Assembly (NCBI GenBank): GCA_963826115.1
Contig: CAWGVS010000005.1
Span: forward strand, 1,152,001 to 1,216,000
Direction: 5' to 3'
Source: an uncultured Candidatus Rokubacteria bacterium
Lineage (GTDB): Bacteria; Methylomirabilota; Methylomirabilia; Rokubacteriales; DASRDR01
DNA length: 64,000 bases
Positions within the stretch are counted from its first letter, which is position 1. Each line of letters starts with the position of its first letter. The notes below the pieces were generated by a model. The model ran no database searches, was not told the origin of the DNA, and was given only the letters and a program-made list of their open reading frames with translations. The translations under genes were made by a program, and so were the position numbers. This document shows, piece by piece, positions 36,539 to 46,274 of the stretch.

Positions 36539-38472
36539 CGCCCCGGAGTCTCGTCCAGAAGGTCGTCGCGGGGCACCTGGTCGCGGGTGCGCCCGCGACC
36601 GGCGAGGAGATCGGGCTCCGGATGGACCAGGTCCTCCTGACCGACACGAACGGCACGATGGCCTGGCTCCAGTTCGAGGCCATGGGCTTCGACCGCGTCA
36701 AGGCGCCGACCGTCGTGACCTACGCGGACCACCAGGTCTACCAGTTCGACGCGCGGAACACGGAGGACCACCGCTACCTCCAGACGGTCTCCCGGCGCTT
36801 CGGCGGGTACTACTCGAAGCCCGGCAACGGCATCTGCCACCAGGTCCACCTGGAGACCTTCGGCGCGCCGGGAATGACACTCCTCGGCACCGACAGCCAC
36901 ACGCCGCTCTGCGGAGCGCTCGGCATGCTGGCGATCGGCGCCGGCGGCCTCGACGTTGCCTGCGCGATGGGCGGGAGCCCCTACTACTTCCCGCTCCCCC
37001 GTGTCGTCCAGGTCGTCCTGACCGGGCGCCTCCGCCCGTGGGTCGCGGCCAAGGACGTGATCCTGGAGCTCCTCCGGCGGCTCACGGTCCGCGGCGGATT
37101 CGGCAAGATCTTCGAGTACTCCGGGCCGGGAATCGCGGCCCTGACGGTGCCCCAGCGCGCGACGATCGCGAACATGGGTGCCGAGCTCGGCCTCACGACG
37201 TCGATCTTCCCCTCGGACGACGTCACCCGGGGCTACCTCGAGCGCCTCGGGCGCGAGGCGAGCTGGCGCCCGCTCGCCGCCGACCCCGGCGCCGCGTACG
37301 ACGACACCGTCGAGATCGACCTCGCGACGATCGAGCCTCTCGTCGCGCTTCCGGGGTCCCCGGACCACGTGGTCCCCGTGGGCGAGGTCGAGGGCACGGC
37401 GATCGAGCAAGTCCTCGTCGGGTCGTGCACGAACGGGTCCTGGGAGGACATGTCCGTCGTCGCCGAGGTCCTCCGCGGTCACCGCGTCCACCCCGACGTC
37501 TCGTTCGTCCTGTTCCCCGCCAGCCAGCAGGTGCTCGAGACCATGGCGCGCCAGGGCCTGATCGCCGACCTCATCGCGGCGGGCGCCGTGGTCTCCGAGT
37601 CGACGTGCGGCGCGTGCCCCGGCATCGGCCACGTCCCGGCGACGGGCTCGCGCAGCCTGCGCGCGTTCAACCGGAACTTCCCGGGCCGGAGCGGCGTGAA
37701 GGGGGACCAGGTGTACCTCTCCTCCACGCAGACGGCCTGCGTCTCGGCGCTCCACGGGAAGATCACGGACCCGCGGCGACTCGGGGATGCGCCGGCAGTG
37801 GTGTTCCCATCGCGCTTCGCCGTGTCGGGGGCCGGCATGGTCCGGCCGTCGCCCGACGGCCAGGACGCGCCGATCGTGAAGGGGCCGAACATCCGCGAGG
37901 TCCCCGTCGGGCGCCCGCCCGGGGACGAGATCGCGGGCCCGGTGCTCATCAAGCTCGGGGACAAGGTCTCGACGGACGACATCTCCCCCTCGGGCTCGCA
38001 GGTGCTGGTCTTCCGCTCGAACATGCCCGCGATCTCGGAGTTCACGTTCCGGAACACGGACCCCGAGTTCGTGGCCCGCGCCAAGGCGCAGGGCGGCGGC
38101 TTCATCGTCGCCGGCCAGACCTACGGCCAGGGGTCGTCCCGGGAGGCCGCCGCCATCGGGCCGATGTTCCTCGGCGTGCGCGGGGTGCTCGCCAAGAGCT
38201 TCGCTCGCATCCACCGCGCGAATCTCATCAACTGGGGCGTGCTCCCGCTGGAGCTCGTCGACCCGCAGGACTACGACGCTCTCGCTGCCGGGCACGAGCT
38301 GCGGCTCTCGGGCGTCCCCGATGGCCTTGCCGCCGGCGCGCTCGTCGTCGAGGACCGGACGGCCGGCCGGCGGATCCCTGTGCGCTGCGTCCTCACCGAC
38401 CGGGAGCGCGCGATCCTCCTCGCGGGCGGACGCCTGGCCCATACCCGCGCCCTGGCCGACTCGGCGGCATGA
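36535..38472 (+). CDS. Short (Aquifex-type) aconitase-family hydratase
   Basis: PGNGICHQ, DSHT, GSCTN, TCGACPG ([4Fe-4S] Cys), FNRNFPGR, YGQGSSRE, SFARIH..NL.NWG. Confidence 0.9.
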   Translation: MTPRSLVQKVVAGHLVAGAPATGEEIGLRMDQVLLTDTNGTMAWLQFEAMGFDRVKAPTVVTYADHQVYQFDARNTEDHRYLQTVSRRFGGYYSKPGNGICHQVHLETFGAPGMTLLGTDSHTPLCGALGMLAIGAGGLDVACAMGGSPYYFPLPRVVQVVLTGRLRPWVAAKDVILELLRRLTVRGGFGKIFEYSGPGIAALTVPQRATIANMGAELGLTTSIFPSDDVTRGYLERLGREASWRPLAADPGAAYDDTVEIDLATIEPLVALPGSPDHVVPVGEVEGTAIEQVLVGSCTNGSWEDMSVVAEVLRGHRVHPDVSFVLFPASQQVLETMARQGLIADLIAAGAVVSESTCGACPGIGHVPATGSRSLRAFNRNFPGRSGVKGDQVYLSSTQTACVSALHGKITDPRRLGDAPAVVFPSRFAVSGAGMVRPSPDGQDAPIVKGPNIREVPVGRPPGDEIAGPVLIKLGDKVSTDDISPSGSQVLVFRSNMPAISEFTFRNTDPEFVARAKAQGGGFIVAGQTYGQGSSREAAAIGPMFLGVRGVLAKSFARIHRANLINWGVLPLELVDPQDYDALAAGHELRLSGVPDGLAAGALVVEDRTAGRRIPVRCVLTDRERAILLAGGRLAHTRALADSAA

Positions 38473-39614
38473 CGCAGCGGCGCGTCCGGGCCGTCTTCGT
38501 CCGCGGGGGCACGAGCCGGGCGCTGCTCTTCCACCGCCGGGACCTCCCTGCGGACCGGGCGGCGTGGGATCCGATCTTCCTGGCCGCCCTCGGGAGCCCC
38601 GACCCCAACGGCCGGCAGCTCGACGGCCTGGGCGGCGGGATCTCCTCGCTCTCCAAGGTGGCCGTCGTGGGGCCGCCGGGCCGTCCTGACGCCGACGTGG
38701 ACTACACGTTCGGCCAGGTCGAGGTCACGAGGGCCTCGGTGGACTACCGCGGGAACTGCGGGAACATCTCGTCCGCCATCGGCCCGTTTGCGATCGACGA
38801 GGCGCTCGTCCCCGCCCGCGAGCCTGACACGGTGGTGCGGATCCACAACACCAACACCGGGAAGCTGATCCACGCGCACGTCCCCGTCGACGGGGGACAG
38901 GCCGCCGTGACCGGCGACTTCGCGCTGGACGGCGTGCCAGGCACCGGCGCCCGGATCGCGCTCGACTTCCTGGACCCCGGGGGCGCGGTCACCGGCCGGC
39001 TCCTGCCCACGGGCCACGCCCAGGACACGCTCCAGGTACCCGGGGTCGGGAGCGTCGCCGCATCCCTGGTCGACGCCACCAACCCCATGGTGTTCGTGCG
39101 CGCCAAGGACCTCGGCCTGGACGGCACCGAGCGCCCGAACGACCTCGACGCGCGGCCCGGACTCCCGGCCCGGCTCGAGGCAATCCGCGGCGCCGCGGCG
39201 GTCAGCATGGGCCTCGCGCGGACTCCGGAGGAAGCGGCCCGGAGCAGCGCCGCCGTCCCGAAGATCGCGATCGTGGCCCCGCCCGCCGCGTACCTCACGC
39301 TCGCCGGCGCCGGGGTCGAGCCCGACGCCGTGGACCTGGTCGCGCGCATCGTGTCCATGGGCAAGGTGCACCGGGCGTTCGCGCTGACCGGAGCGATGTG
39401 CCTCGCGGTGGCCGCCCGAATCCCGGGCACCCTCGCCCACGAGGCCGCCGCCTTCACCGGCGCCGCGGGGGACGTCCGGATCGGGCACCCGTCGGGCATC
39501 CTGGCGGTCGCCGCCGCCATCCGGCCCGGGCCCGCCGGTCGCCCGGTCGCCCAGACCGTCACCGTCTACCGGACGGCGCGACGCCTGATGGAGGGTTCCG
39601 TTCTGGTTCCCTGA
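38469..39614 (+). CDS. prpF: PrpF family aconitate/methylaconitate isomerase
   Basis: RGGTSR, GSPDP.GRQLDGLGGG.SSLSK, GNCGNI, SMGK.H, GHPSG, RTARRLMEG. Confidence 0.92.
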   Translation: MTQRRVRAVFVRGGTSRALLFHRRDLPADRAAWDPIFLAALGSPDPNGRQLDGLGGGISSLSKVAVVGPPGRPDADVDYTFGQVEVTRASVDYRGNCGNISSAIGPFAIDEALVPAREPDTVVRIHNTNTGKLIHAHVPVDGGQAAVTGDFALDGVPGTGARIALDFLDPGGAVTGRLLPTGHAQDTLQVPGVGSVAASLVDATNPMVFVRAKDLGLDGTERPNDLDARPGLPARLEAIRGAAAVSMGLARTPEEAARSSAAVPKIAIVAPPAAYLTLAGAGVEPDAVDLVARIVSMGKVHRAFALTGAMCLAVAARIPGTLAHEAAAFTGAAGDVRIGHPSGILAVAAAIRPGPAGRPVAQTVTVYRTARRLMEGSVLVP

Positions 39615-39644
39615 CCGACGGCGGCCCGAAGGGGCCCTCGCCGC

Positions 39645-39673
39645 TTGACCCTGCGCGGGACTGCGCCTAGACT
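39645..39673 (+). promoter_or_regulatory. Sigma70-type promoter
   Basis: TTGACC-N17-TAGACT upstream of the SBP gene. Confidence 0.55.
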
Positions 39674-39745
39674 GCGACGCGAGTTCAGACACACTCCTCG
39701 CAGGCTCGGCCGAGACGCCAGCAACGCTTCGAACGGAGGACCTAC

Positions 39746-41683
39746 ATGAGGCTCGATGTCCGACGACCGGCCGTCCTCGCCTTCGGCGCGCTCCTCGCCC
39801 TTCTGGTGTGGGCCGGCGGAACGGCGCCCGCGGCTGCCCAGACGAAGTACAAGGAGTCGCCGCTCCTGGCCGACATGGTGAAGGCCGGCAAGCTGCCCGC
39901 GGTGGAGCTGCGGCTGCCCGCCGACCCGCTCGTCGTCCCGGTGGTGGAGCGCGCGGGCCAGTACGGCGGCGTGTGGCGGCGCGCGTTCCTCGGGCCCGCC
40001 GACTTCAACAACTACGTCCGAGTCGTCTACGACGCGCTCGCGCGCTTCTCGCCGGACGGGGCCAAGATCGAGCCGAAGATCGCGGCCGGCTGGCAATCCT
40101 CGCCCGACTTCAAGGTGTGGACCATCCGCCTCCGCAAGGGCGCCCGGTGGTCCGACGGCTCGCCGTTCACCGCCGACGACATGGTGTTCTGGCACAAGGA
40201 CGTCATCCTCAACAAGGACCTGACGCCCTCGATCCCCGGCTGGCTGCGGAACGGCGACGGCACCGCCGCGTCGGTCGAGAAGGTCGACGCCCAGACGGTC
40301 CGCTTCACGTACAAGCAGCCGGCGACGCTCTTCCTGACCGCGCTGGCCAACGCGGACGGCGCGGATCGGACCTACGCCGCCTACCTGCCTGCCCACTACC
40401 TCAAGCGCTTCCATCCCGAGTACGCGAAGAAGGAAGACATCGACAAGCTGGTCCAGGCGGCGGGCTTCAAGACCTGGACTGAGCTGTTCGCCGCGAAGAA
40501 CGCACCGTTCGAGAACCCGGAACGACCGACGATGGGCGCGTGGTCGCCGGTCACCCGGATCAGCGATCAGGTCTTCACGCTCCGCCGCAACCCGTACTTC
40601 GTGGGCGTCGACCCTGACGGCAATCAGCTGCCATACATCGACGAGGTTCGGTTCACGTTCTTCGCGGATATCCAGGCGCTGAACCTGGCCGCGATCGCTG
40701 GCGAGTTCGACATGCAGGCGCGCCACATCCAGATGACCAACTACCCGGTCTTCAAGGAAAACGAGAAGAGCGGGAAATACCGCGTCATCACCTGGCCGAC
40801 CTTCGGCGGCTCCGACGCGGTCGTGGCCTTCAATCAGTCCTACAAGGCCGATCCGGAGGTCGGCAAGCTGCTCGCCAGCAAGGACTTCCGCGTCGCGCTC
40901 TCCTATGCCGTCAATCGCACCCAGATCAAGGAATCGGCGTTCCTCGGGCTCGGCGAGCCTCGGCAGGGTGTCCCCGCCCCCTGGCATCCGTATTTCCCCG
41001 GCGACGAGTGGTCGAAGAAGTACACGGAGTACAAGCCAGACGAGGCCAACAAGATGCTCGACGGCCTCGGCCTGACGAAGAAGGACGCTCAGGGCATCAG
41101 GCTCCTCCCGAACGGCAAGCCGCTGTCGATCGAGCTCTCGGTGGTGCCGGCCTTCGGCGAGTGGCGCGATGTGGCGCAGCTCATCGCGAAGGACTGGGAG
41201 AAGGTCGGGGTCAAGACCGTCGTCCAGATCCGGGAGCGGGCGCTCCACTTCAAGATGCGTGACGCAAACGAGCTGCAGACAGAGATGTGGAACGAGGACA
41301 CGAGCGCCTTCCCGTTCACTGGCAACGCCAAGGTCGACGTGCGAAACAATCCGATCCTCACCACGGGCCCCCTGTTCCTCCAGTGGTACCAGACCAAGGG
41401 CAAGGAGGGCATGGAGCCGCCCGCGCCGATCAAGAAGATCGTCGAGCTCGTCGACACGGCCCGCACCGTCGGACCCGACGGCCAGGTCAAGGCGGCGCAG
41501 GAGATCTTCCGCATCTGGGCCGACAACGTCTACGAGATCGGCACGATCGGCCTGACCCCGATGATTCAGGGTGTGGTGGTGGTGAATACCCGCCTCCGCA
41601 ACGTGCCCACGACCCTCGGCAACGACTGGCCGCTCCGGAGCCCGGGCAACGCGCGCCCGGAACAGTTCTTCTTCACCAAGTAG
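39746..41683 (+). CDS. ABC solute-binding protein family 5 (long type)
   Basis: Signal peptide, ESP.L...V.AGKLP.V..RLP..P, LRKGARWSDGSPFTADD, RNPYF..D..GNQLPYID. Confidence 0.92.
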   Translation: MRLDVRRPAVLAFGALLALLVWAGGTAPAAAQTKYKESPLLADMVKAGKLPAVELRLPADPLVVPVVERAGQYGGVWRRAFLGPADFNNYVRVVYDALARFSPDGAKIEPKIAAGWQSSPDFKVWTIRLRKGARWSDGSPFTADDMVFWHKDVILNKDLTPSIPGWLRNGDGTAASVEKVDAQTVRFTYKQPATLFLTALANADGADRTYAAYLPAHYLKRFHPEYAKKEDIDKLVQAAGFKTWTELFAAKNAPFENPERPTMGAWSPVTRISDQVFTLRRNPYFVGVDPDGNQLPYIDEVRFTFFADIQALNLAAIAGEFDMQARHIQMTNYPVFKENEKSGKYRVITWPTFGGSDAVVAFNQSYKADPEVGKLLASKDFRVALSYAVNRTQIKESAFLGLGEPRQGVPAPWHPYFPGDEWSKKYTEYKPDEANKMLDGLGLTKKDAQGIRLLPNGKPLSIELSVVPAFGEWRDVAQLIAKDWEKVGVKTVVQIRERALHFKMRDANELQTEMWNEDTSAFPFTGNAKVDVRNNPILTTGPLFLQWYQTKGKEGMEPPAPIKKIVELVDTARTVGPDGQVKAAQEIFRIWADNVYEIGTIGLTPMIQGVVVVNTRLRNVPTTLGNDWPLRSPGNARPEQFFFTK

Positions 41684-41696
41684 TCGCCTGTCGCCG

Positions 41697-41734
41697 GCGC
41701 TCGGTCCCGGCCGTTCGCGGTCGGGGCCGGGCGC
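41697..41734 (+). promoter_or_regulatory. Intercistronic stem-loop after the SBP gene
   Basis: GCGCTCGGTCCCGGCCG-TTCG-CGGTCGGGGCCGGGCGC (includes G-U pairs). Confidence 0.5.
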
Positions 41735-41814
41735 GCGGGACGCTCACCCCGAGCCAGTCTCGCCGTCCTGAGCGCCGCGAGGCCTCCTAGGCTCTTGATC
41801 CGAATGGATCCCCG

Positions 41815-42801
41815 ATGACCCGGTATGCCCTCCGGCGCCTGGCGTTGCTCCCCCTGCTGCTGTTCGTCTTCTCGGTCGCCGTCTTTGCCATCGTCCAGGC
41901 GCCGCCGGGGGACTTCCTGACTTCCTACATGGCCACGCTGGCCTCCTCCGGAAGTTCCGTCAGCGCCGAGCAGTTCGAGGCGCTGCGCCGCGACTACGGC
42001 CTCGACCAGCCGCTCCACGTGCAGTACTGGAGGTGGATGGCCAACGTCCTCCGCGGCAACCTCGGCCTGTCGCTCGAGTACCAGCGGCCCAACACCGAGC
42101 TGATCGGCGAGCGCCTGGTCCTGACCATCGTCCTCGCGCTCTTCTCGTTCGTCTTCACCTGGGTGGTCGCGATCCCCATCGGCATCTACTCGGCCACGCA
42201 CCAGCGGTCCGCGCTGGACTACGTGATCACGGTCCTCAACTACGTGGGCGTGGCCACGCCGAACTTCATGCTGGCGCTGATCCTGATGTGGATCGCCTTC
42301 GCCTACTTCGGGATCAGCGCCACCGGGCTCTTCTCCCCGGAGTTCGTCGACGCCCCGTGGAGCATGGCGCGCGTGCTCAACCTCCTGGCGCACATCTGGC
42401 TGCCGACGGTCGTCCTCGGCGTCGCCGGCACCGCCCGGCTCACCCGGATCATGCGGGCCAACCTCCTCGACGAGCTCAACAAGCCGTACGTCGTGACCGC
42501 GCGGGCCAAGGGCCTGTCAGAGTGGCGCCTGGTGCTGCGGTATCCGGCGCGCCTGGCGCTGAACCCCCTCGTGAGCACGATCGGCTGGTACCTCCCCGCC
42601 CTCTTCTCCGGCAGCCTGATCGTGGCCACGGTCATGAACATTCCGAACATCGGCCCGCTGCTCCTCCGCGCGCTCATCAACCAGGACATGTATCTCGCGG
42701 GCAGCATCCTGCTCATCTACTGCTTCCTCGCGATCATCGGCACGCTTGTCTCGGACGTCCTCCTCGCGTGGCTCGACCCGCGGATCCGCGTGGAGAACTG
42801 A
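41815..42801 (+). CDS. ABC permease (OppB-like)
   Basis: PPGD, YGLDQP..QY..W, TARAKGL, LDPRIR. Confidence 0.92.
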   Translation: MTRYALRRLALLPLLLFVFSVAVFAIVQAPPGDFLTSYMATLASSGSSVSAEQFEALRRDYGLDQPLHVQYWRWMANVLRGNLGLSLEYQRPNTELIGERLVLTIVLALFSFVFTWVVAIPIGIYSATHQRSALDYVITVLNYVGVATPNFMLALILMWIAFAYFGISATGLFSPEFVDAPWSMARVLNLLAHIWLPTVVLGVAGTARLTRIMRANLLDELNKPYVVTARAKGLSEWRLVLRYPARLALNPLVSTIGWYLPALFSGSLIVATVMNIPNIGPLLLRALINQDMYLAGSILLIYCFLAIIGTLVSDVLLAWLDPRIRVEN

Positions 42802-43979
42802 TGGCGAGCGGCCACGTCGGGTCCGAGTCCACTCCGCCGGAGTCGACGGCGGCCGATGTTCCGGAGACGGGCATCGGCGCAACGGCGGCCGAAGAGCGGA
42901 TCTCCCTCGCGTCCAACTGGACGCTCGTCTGGTGGCGGTTCCGCAAGCATCGGCTGGCCATGGCCAGCGCCCTCGTCCTGCTCATCCTCTACGCGATCGT
43001 GCTCTGCCCCGATTTCTTCAGTACCCTGGACCCCGAGGCGACCGAGGCGCGCCTGGCGTTCATCCCGGTCCAGCGGGTCCGCTTCCTGGACGGGTTCCGC
43101 TGGAGCCCCTGGGTGCCCGCGGTGGTCGGGAAGCGCAACCCGATCACGCTCCGGATGGAGTGGCAGATCGATACGGCGCAGAAGATCGGCGTCCGCTTCT
43201 TCGCGCGCGGCCACCCGTACCGGCTGTTCGGTCTGATCCCGACGACCGTCCACCTCATCGGGAGCGCGGAGACCGGGGCGGCGGATCGCATCCATCTCCT
43301 GGGCACCGACCGCCTGGGCCGCGATCAGTGGTCGCGGCTCATGCACGGGACCCAGACGTCGATGACCATCGGCCTGGTGGCGGTGACCCTGAGCGTCGTG
43401 CTCGGCGTGCTCCTCGGAGGCGTGTCCGGCTACTACGGCGGCCTGCCCGACCTCGTGATCCAGCGGCTCATCGAGCTGCTCCAGTCCCTCCCGACCATCC
43501 CGATCTGGCTCGCCCTCACCGCGGCGCTCCCGCGCGAGTGGACGCCGATCCGGGTGTTCTTCGCGATCACCGTGATCCTGTCCCTGGTCGGGTGGACGAC
43601 ACTCGCCCGGGAGGTCCGGGGACGGTTCCTGGCCCTCCGAGAGGAGGACTTCGTCCTCGCCGCCGAGCTGGCGGGGTGCAGCCGCCGGCGGATCATCACC
43701 CGGCACATGGTGCCCACGTTCCTGAGCCACATCATCGCGACGAGCACGCTGGCCATCCCGGCCATGATCATCAACGAGACGTCGCTCTCCTTCCTGGGCC
43801 TCGGGATCCGCCCCCCCGCGATCAGCTGGGGGGTGCTCCTCCAGGAGGCCCAGAACATCCAGACGCTCGCGCTGGCGCCGTGGCTCCTGATCCCGGGCCT
43901 GCTGGTCATCTTCTCGGTGCTGGCGTTCAACCTCGTGGGCGACGGCCTCCGCGACGCCGCCGACCCGTACAGCCACTGA
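42801..43979 (+). CDS. ABC permease (OppC-like)
   Basis: WWRFRKH, LLGTDRLGRD, LSFLGLG, GDGLRDAADPY. Confidence 0.92.
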   Translation: MASGHVGSESTPPESTAADVPETGIGATAAEERISLASNWTLVWWRFRKHRLAMASALVLLILYAIVLCPDFFSTLDPEATEARLAFIPVQRVRFLDGFRWSPWVPAVVGKRNPITLRMEWQIDTAQKIGVRFFARGHPYRLFGLIPTTVHLIGSAETGAADRIHLLGTDRLGRDQWSRLMHGTQTSMTIGLVAVTLSVVLGVLLGGVSGYYGGLPDLVIQRLIELLQSLPTIPIWLALTAALPREWTPIRVFFAITVILSLVGWTTLAREVRGRFLALREEDFVLAAELAGCSRRRIITRHMVPTFLSHIIATSTLAIPAMIINETSLSFLGLGIRPPAISWGVLLQEAQNIQTLALAPWLLIPGLLVIFSVLAFNLVGDGLRDAADPYSH

Positions 43980-43995
43980 CGGACGGCGCGCGATC

Positions 43996-45084
43996 GTGAG
44001 CTCATCTCGATCCACCGCACCCCAGCCTGGCGCGACGCCGAGCGGAAACGGTCCTGCCCCGCTCCTGTCGGTGCGCGACCTCCGGGTGTCGTTCTTCCTC
44101 GACGAGGGTGTGGTGCGGGCGGTCGACGGCCTCAGCTTCGACGTCTTCCCGGGCCAGGTCATCGGGATCGTGGGCGAGAGCGGCTGCGGCAAGTCGGTCG
44201 CGATGAAAGCGATCCTCCAGCTCGTCGAGCCTCCGGGCCGGATCGTCTCGGGCGAGATCCTCTTCCAGCCCTCGCCCGATCAGGCGGTCGACATCGCCCA
44301 GCTCTCCCCGCGAGGGGCGCCCATGCGGGCGATCCGCGGCGCGGAGATCGCCCTCATCCCCCAGGAGCCGATGGCCGCGTTCAGCCCGGTCCACACGGTC
44401 GGCGACCAGATCGTCGAGGCGCTCCTGCTGCACTGGCGTCAGTGGCGCCCCGACGGGCCGCCGCTCACGCGGCGCGAGGCGCGGCAGATCACCGTCGACC
44501 TCTTCCGCGACGTCGGCATCTCGATCCCCGAGCAGCGGCTCGACGCCTACTCGTGGCAGCTCTCCGGCGGCCTCCGGCAGCGCGCGATGATCGCCATGGC
44601 GCTCTCCGGCAAGCCGCGCCTCCTCATCGCCGACGAGCCCACGACGGCCATCGACGTCACGACGCAGGCCCAGGTCTTGAACCTGATCCGCGATCTCCAG
44701 CGGAAGTACCAGACGGCGGTGATCTTCATCACTCACGACCTCGGCGTCATCGCCCAGATCGCCCGCGAGGTGGTGGTGATGTACCTCGGCCGCGTGATGG
44801 AGCAGGGCCCGGTCGACGCCATCTTCCACGACGCCAAGCACCCGTACACGCGGGCGCTCCTCCGGTCGATCCCCGGTCTCCAGGCGACGCCCCGCGTTCG
44901 CCTCCCCATCATCACGGGCTCCATCCCGCACCCGTTCAACCGGCCGGTGGGGTGTCCCTTCCACCCCCGGTGTCCGGACGTCATCCGGGGCGTGTGCGAT
45001 CAGCGGGTGCCCGATCTCCTGCCCGTCGGCGACCGGCAGCGCGCGAGCTGCTTTCTCTACCAGGACGTGGAGGCGCCGAGGTGA
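43996..45084 (+). CDS. ABC ATP-binding protein (OppD-like)
   Basis: GESGCGKS, LSGG, ADEPTT, HPYT, GCPFHPRC. Confidence 0.92.
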   Translation: MSSSRSTAPQPGATPSGNGPAPLLSVRDLRVSFFLDEGVVRAVDGLSFDVFPGQVIGIVGESGCGKSVAMKAILQLVEPPGRIVSGEILFQPSPDQAVDIAQLSPRGAPMRAIRGAEIALIPQEPMAAFSPVHTVGDQIVEALLLHWRQWRPDGPPLTRREARQITVDLFRDVGISIPEQRLDAYSWQLSGGLRQRAMIAMALSGKPRLLIADEPTTAIDVTTQAQVLNLIRDLQRKYQTAVIFITHDLGVIAQIAREVVVMYLGRVMEQGPVDAIFHDAKHPYTRALLRSIPGLQATPRVRLPIITGSIPHPFNRPVGCPFHPRCPDVIRGVCDQRVPDLLPVGDRQRASCFLYQDVEAPR

Positions 45085-46130
45085 CCACGCCCGCCGCCTC
45101 GCCGCCGCTCCTCGAGGTGCGCCACCTCAAGAAGTTCTTCCCGATCCACAAGGGCTTCTCCCGCCGTGTCGTGGCCGAGGTCCGGGCCGTCGACGACGTG
45201 AGCTTCGAGGTCCAGGAGGGCGAGACGCTCGGCCTGGTCGGGGAGAGCGGCTGCGGCAAGACCACGACGGCCCGCTGCATCCTCCGGGCCATGGCGCCGT
45301 CGAGCGGGGAAATCCTCTTCCGGACCCGCGAGGGTACCGTGGTGGATCTCGCCCGGCTGTCGCGGACGGAGCTGCGCCCGCTCCGTCCCCAGATGCAGAT
45401 GGTCTTCCAGGACCCCTTCGGCTCGCTCAATCCCCGCATGACGCTCCTCGACAACGTGGGCGAGCCGCTCCTGGTCAACGGGCTCCGCGACCGGCGGGAG
45501 CGGCGCGATCGCGTGGCCGAGCTCCTGCGCCTGGTCGGGCTCCGCCCGGAGTACATGCACCGGTTCCCCCACGCCTTCAGCGGAGGCCAGCGCCAGCGCA
45601 TCGGGATCGCGCGGGCGCTCGCGACCGAGCCTCGGCTCGTGGTGGCCGACGAGCCGGTCTCCGCGCTCGACGTCTCGGTCCAGGCCCAGGTCCTGAACCT
45701 CCTCCTCGAGCTCCAGCAGCGCCTCCACCTCACGTACCTCTTCGTGGCGCACGACCTGGGGGTGGTCCGGCACATCTGCGAGCGCGTGGCCGTCATGTAC
45801 GTCGGCCAACTGGTGGAGACGGCGCCGGCCCCCGCCCTCTTCAGCCGACCGCGCCACCCGTACACGGCGGCGCTCATGAAGGCGGTCCCCGTACCCGATC
45901 CGCGCGTGCCGAGCGGCGACGTGGCGCTCCAGGGCGAGGTCCCCAACCCGGCCAACCCGCCTCCGGGCTGCTACTTCCACCCGCGCTGCCCGTTCGCCGT
46001 CGACATCTGCCGGACCGAGACCCCGGCGCTCCGCCTCGTGGCGTCCGGCCACCTGGCCCGCTGCCACCGCGCCGACGAGCTCGAGCTCGACGGCATCGGC
46101 CACCTCGGCGCCCCTGCCCGCGTCGGATGA
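45081..46130 (+). CDS. ABC ATP-binding protein (OppF-like)
   Basis: GESGCGKTT, FSGGQRQR, DEPVSALDVS, GCYFHPRC. Confidence 0.92.
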   Translation: MTTPAASPPLLEVRHLKKFFPIHKGFSRRVVAEVRAVDDVSFEVQEGETLGLVGESGCGKTTTARCILRAMAPSSGEILFRTREGTVVDLARLSRTELRPLRPQMQMVFQDPFGSLNPRMTLLDNVGEPLLVNGLRDRRERRDRVAELLRLVGLRPEYMHRFPHAFSGGQRQRIGIARALATEPRLVVADEPVSALDVSVQAQVLNLLLELQQRLHLTYLFVAHDLGVVRHICERVAVMYVGQLVETAPAPALFSRPRHPYTAALMKAVPVPDPRVPSGDVALQGEVPNPANPPPGCYFHPRCPFAVDICRTETPALRLVASGHLARCHRADELELDGIGHLGAPARVG

Positions 46131-46274
46131 CCGGCGTTCCTGGCCGCGGCCGGCTCCTCGGGACGAGCCGCTTGTACGCGACGGGGGCGCCGCGCCATCA
46201 TCGACGCCGGGCGCGGCGTGCCGCCGGGGCCGCCCGCGCGCTGTCCATCTGAGGACCGAGAGGAGACCCCGCTC

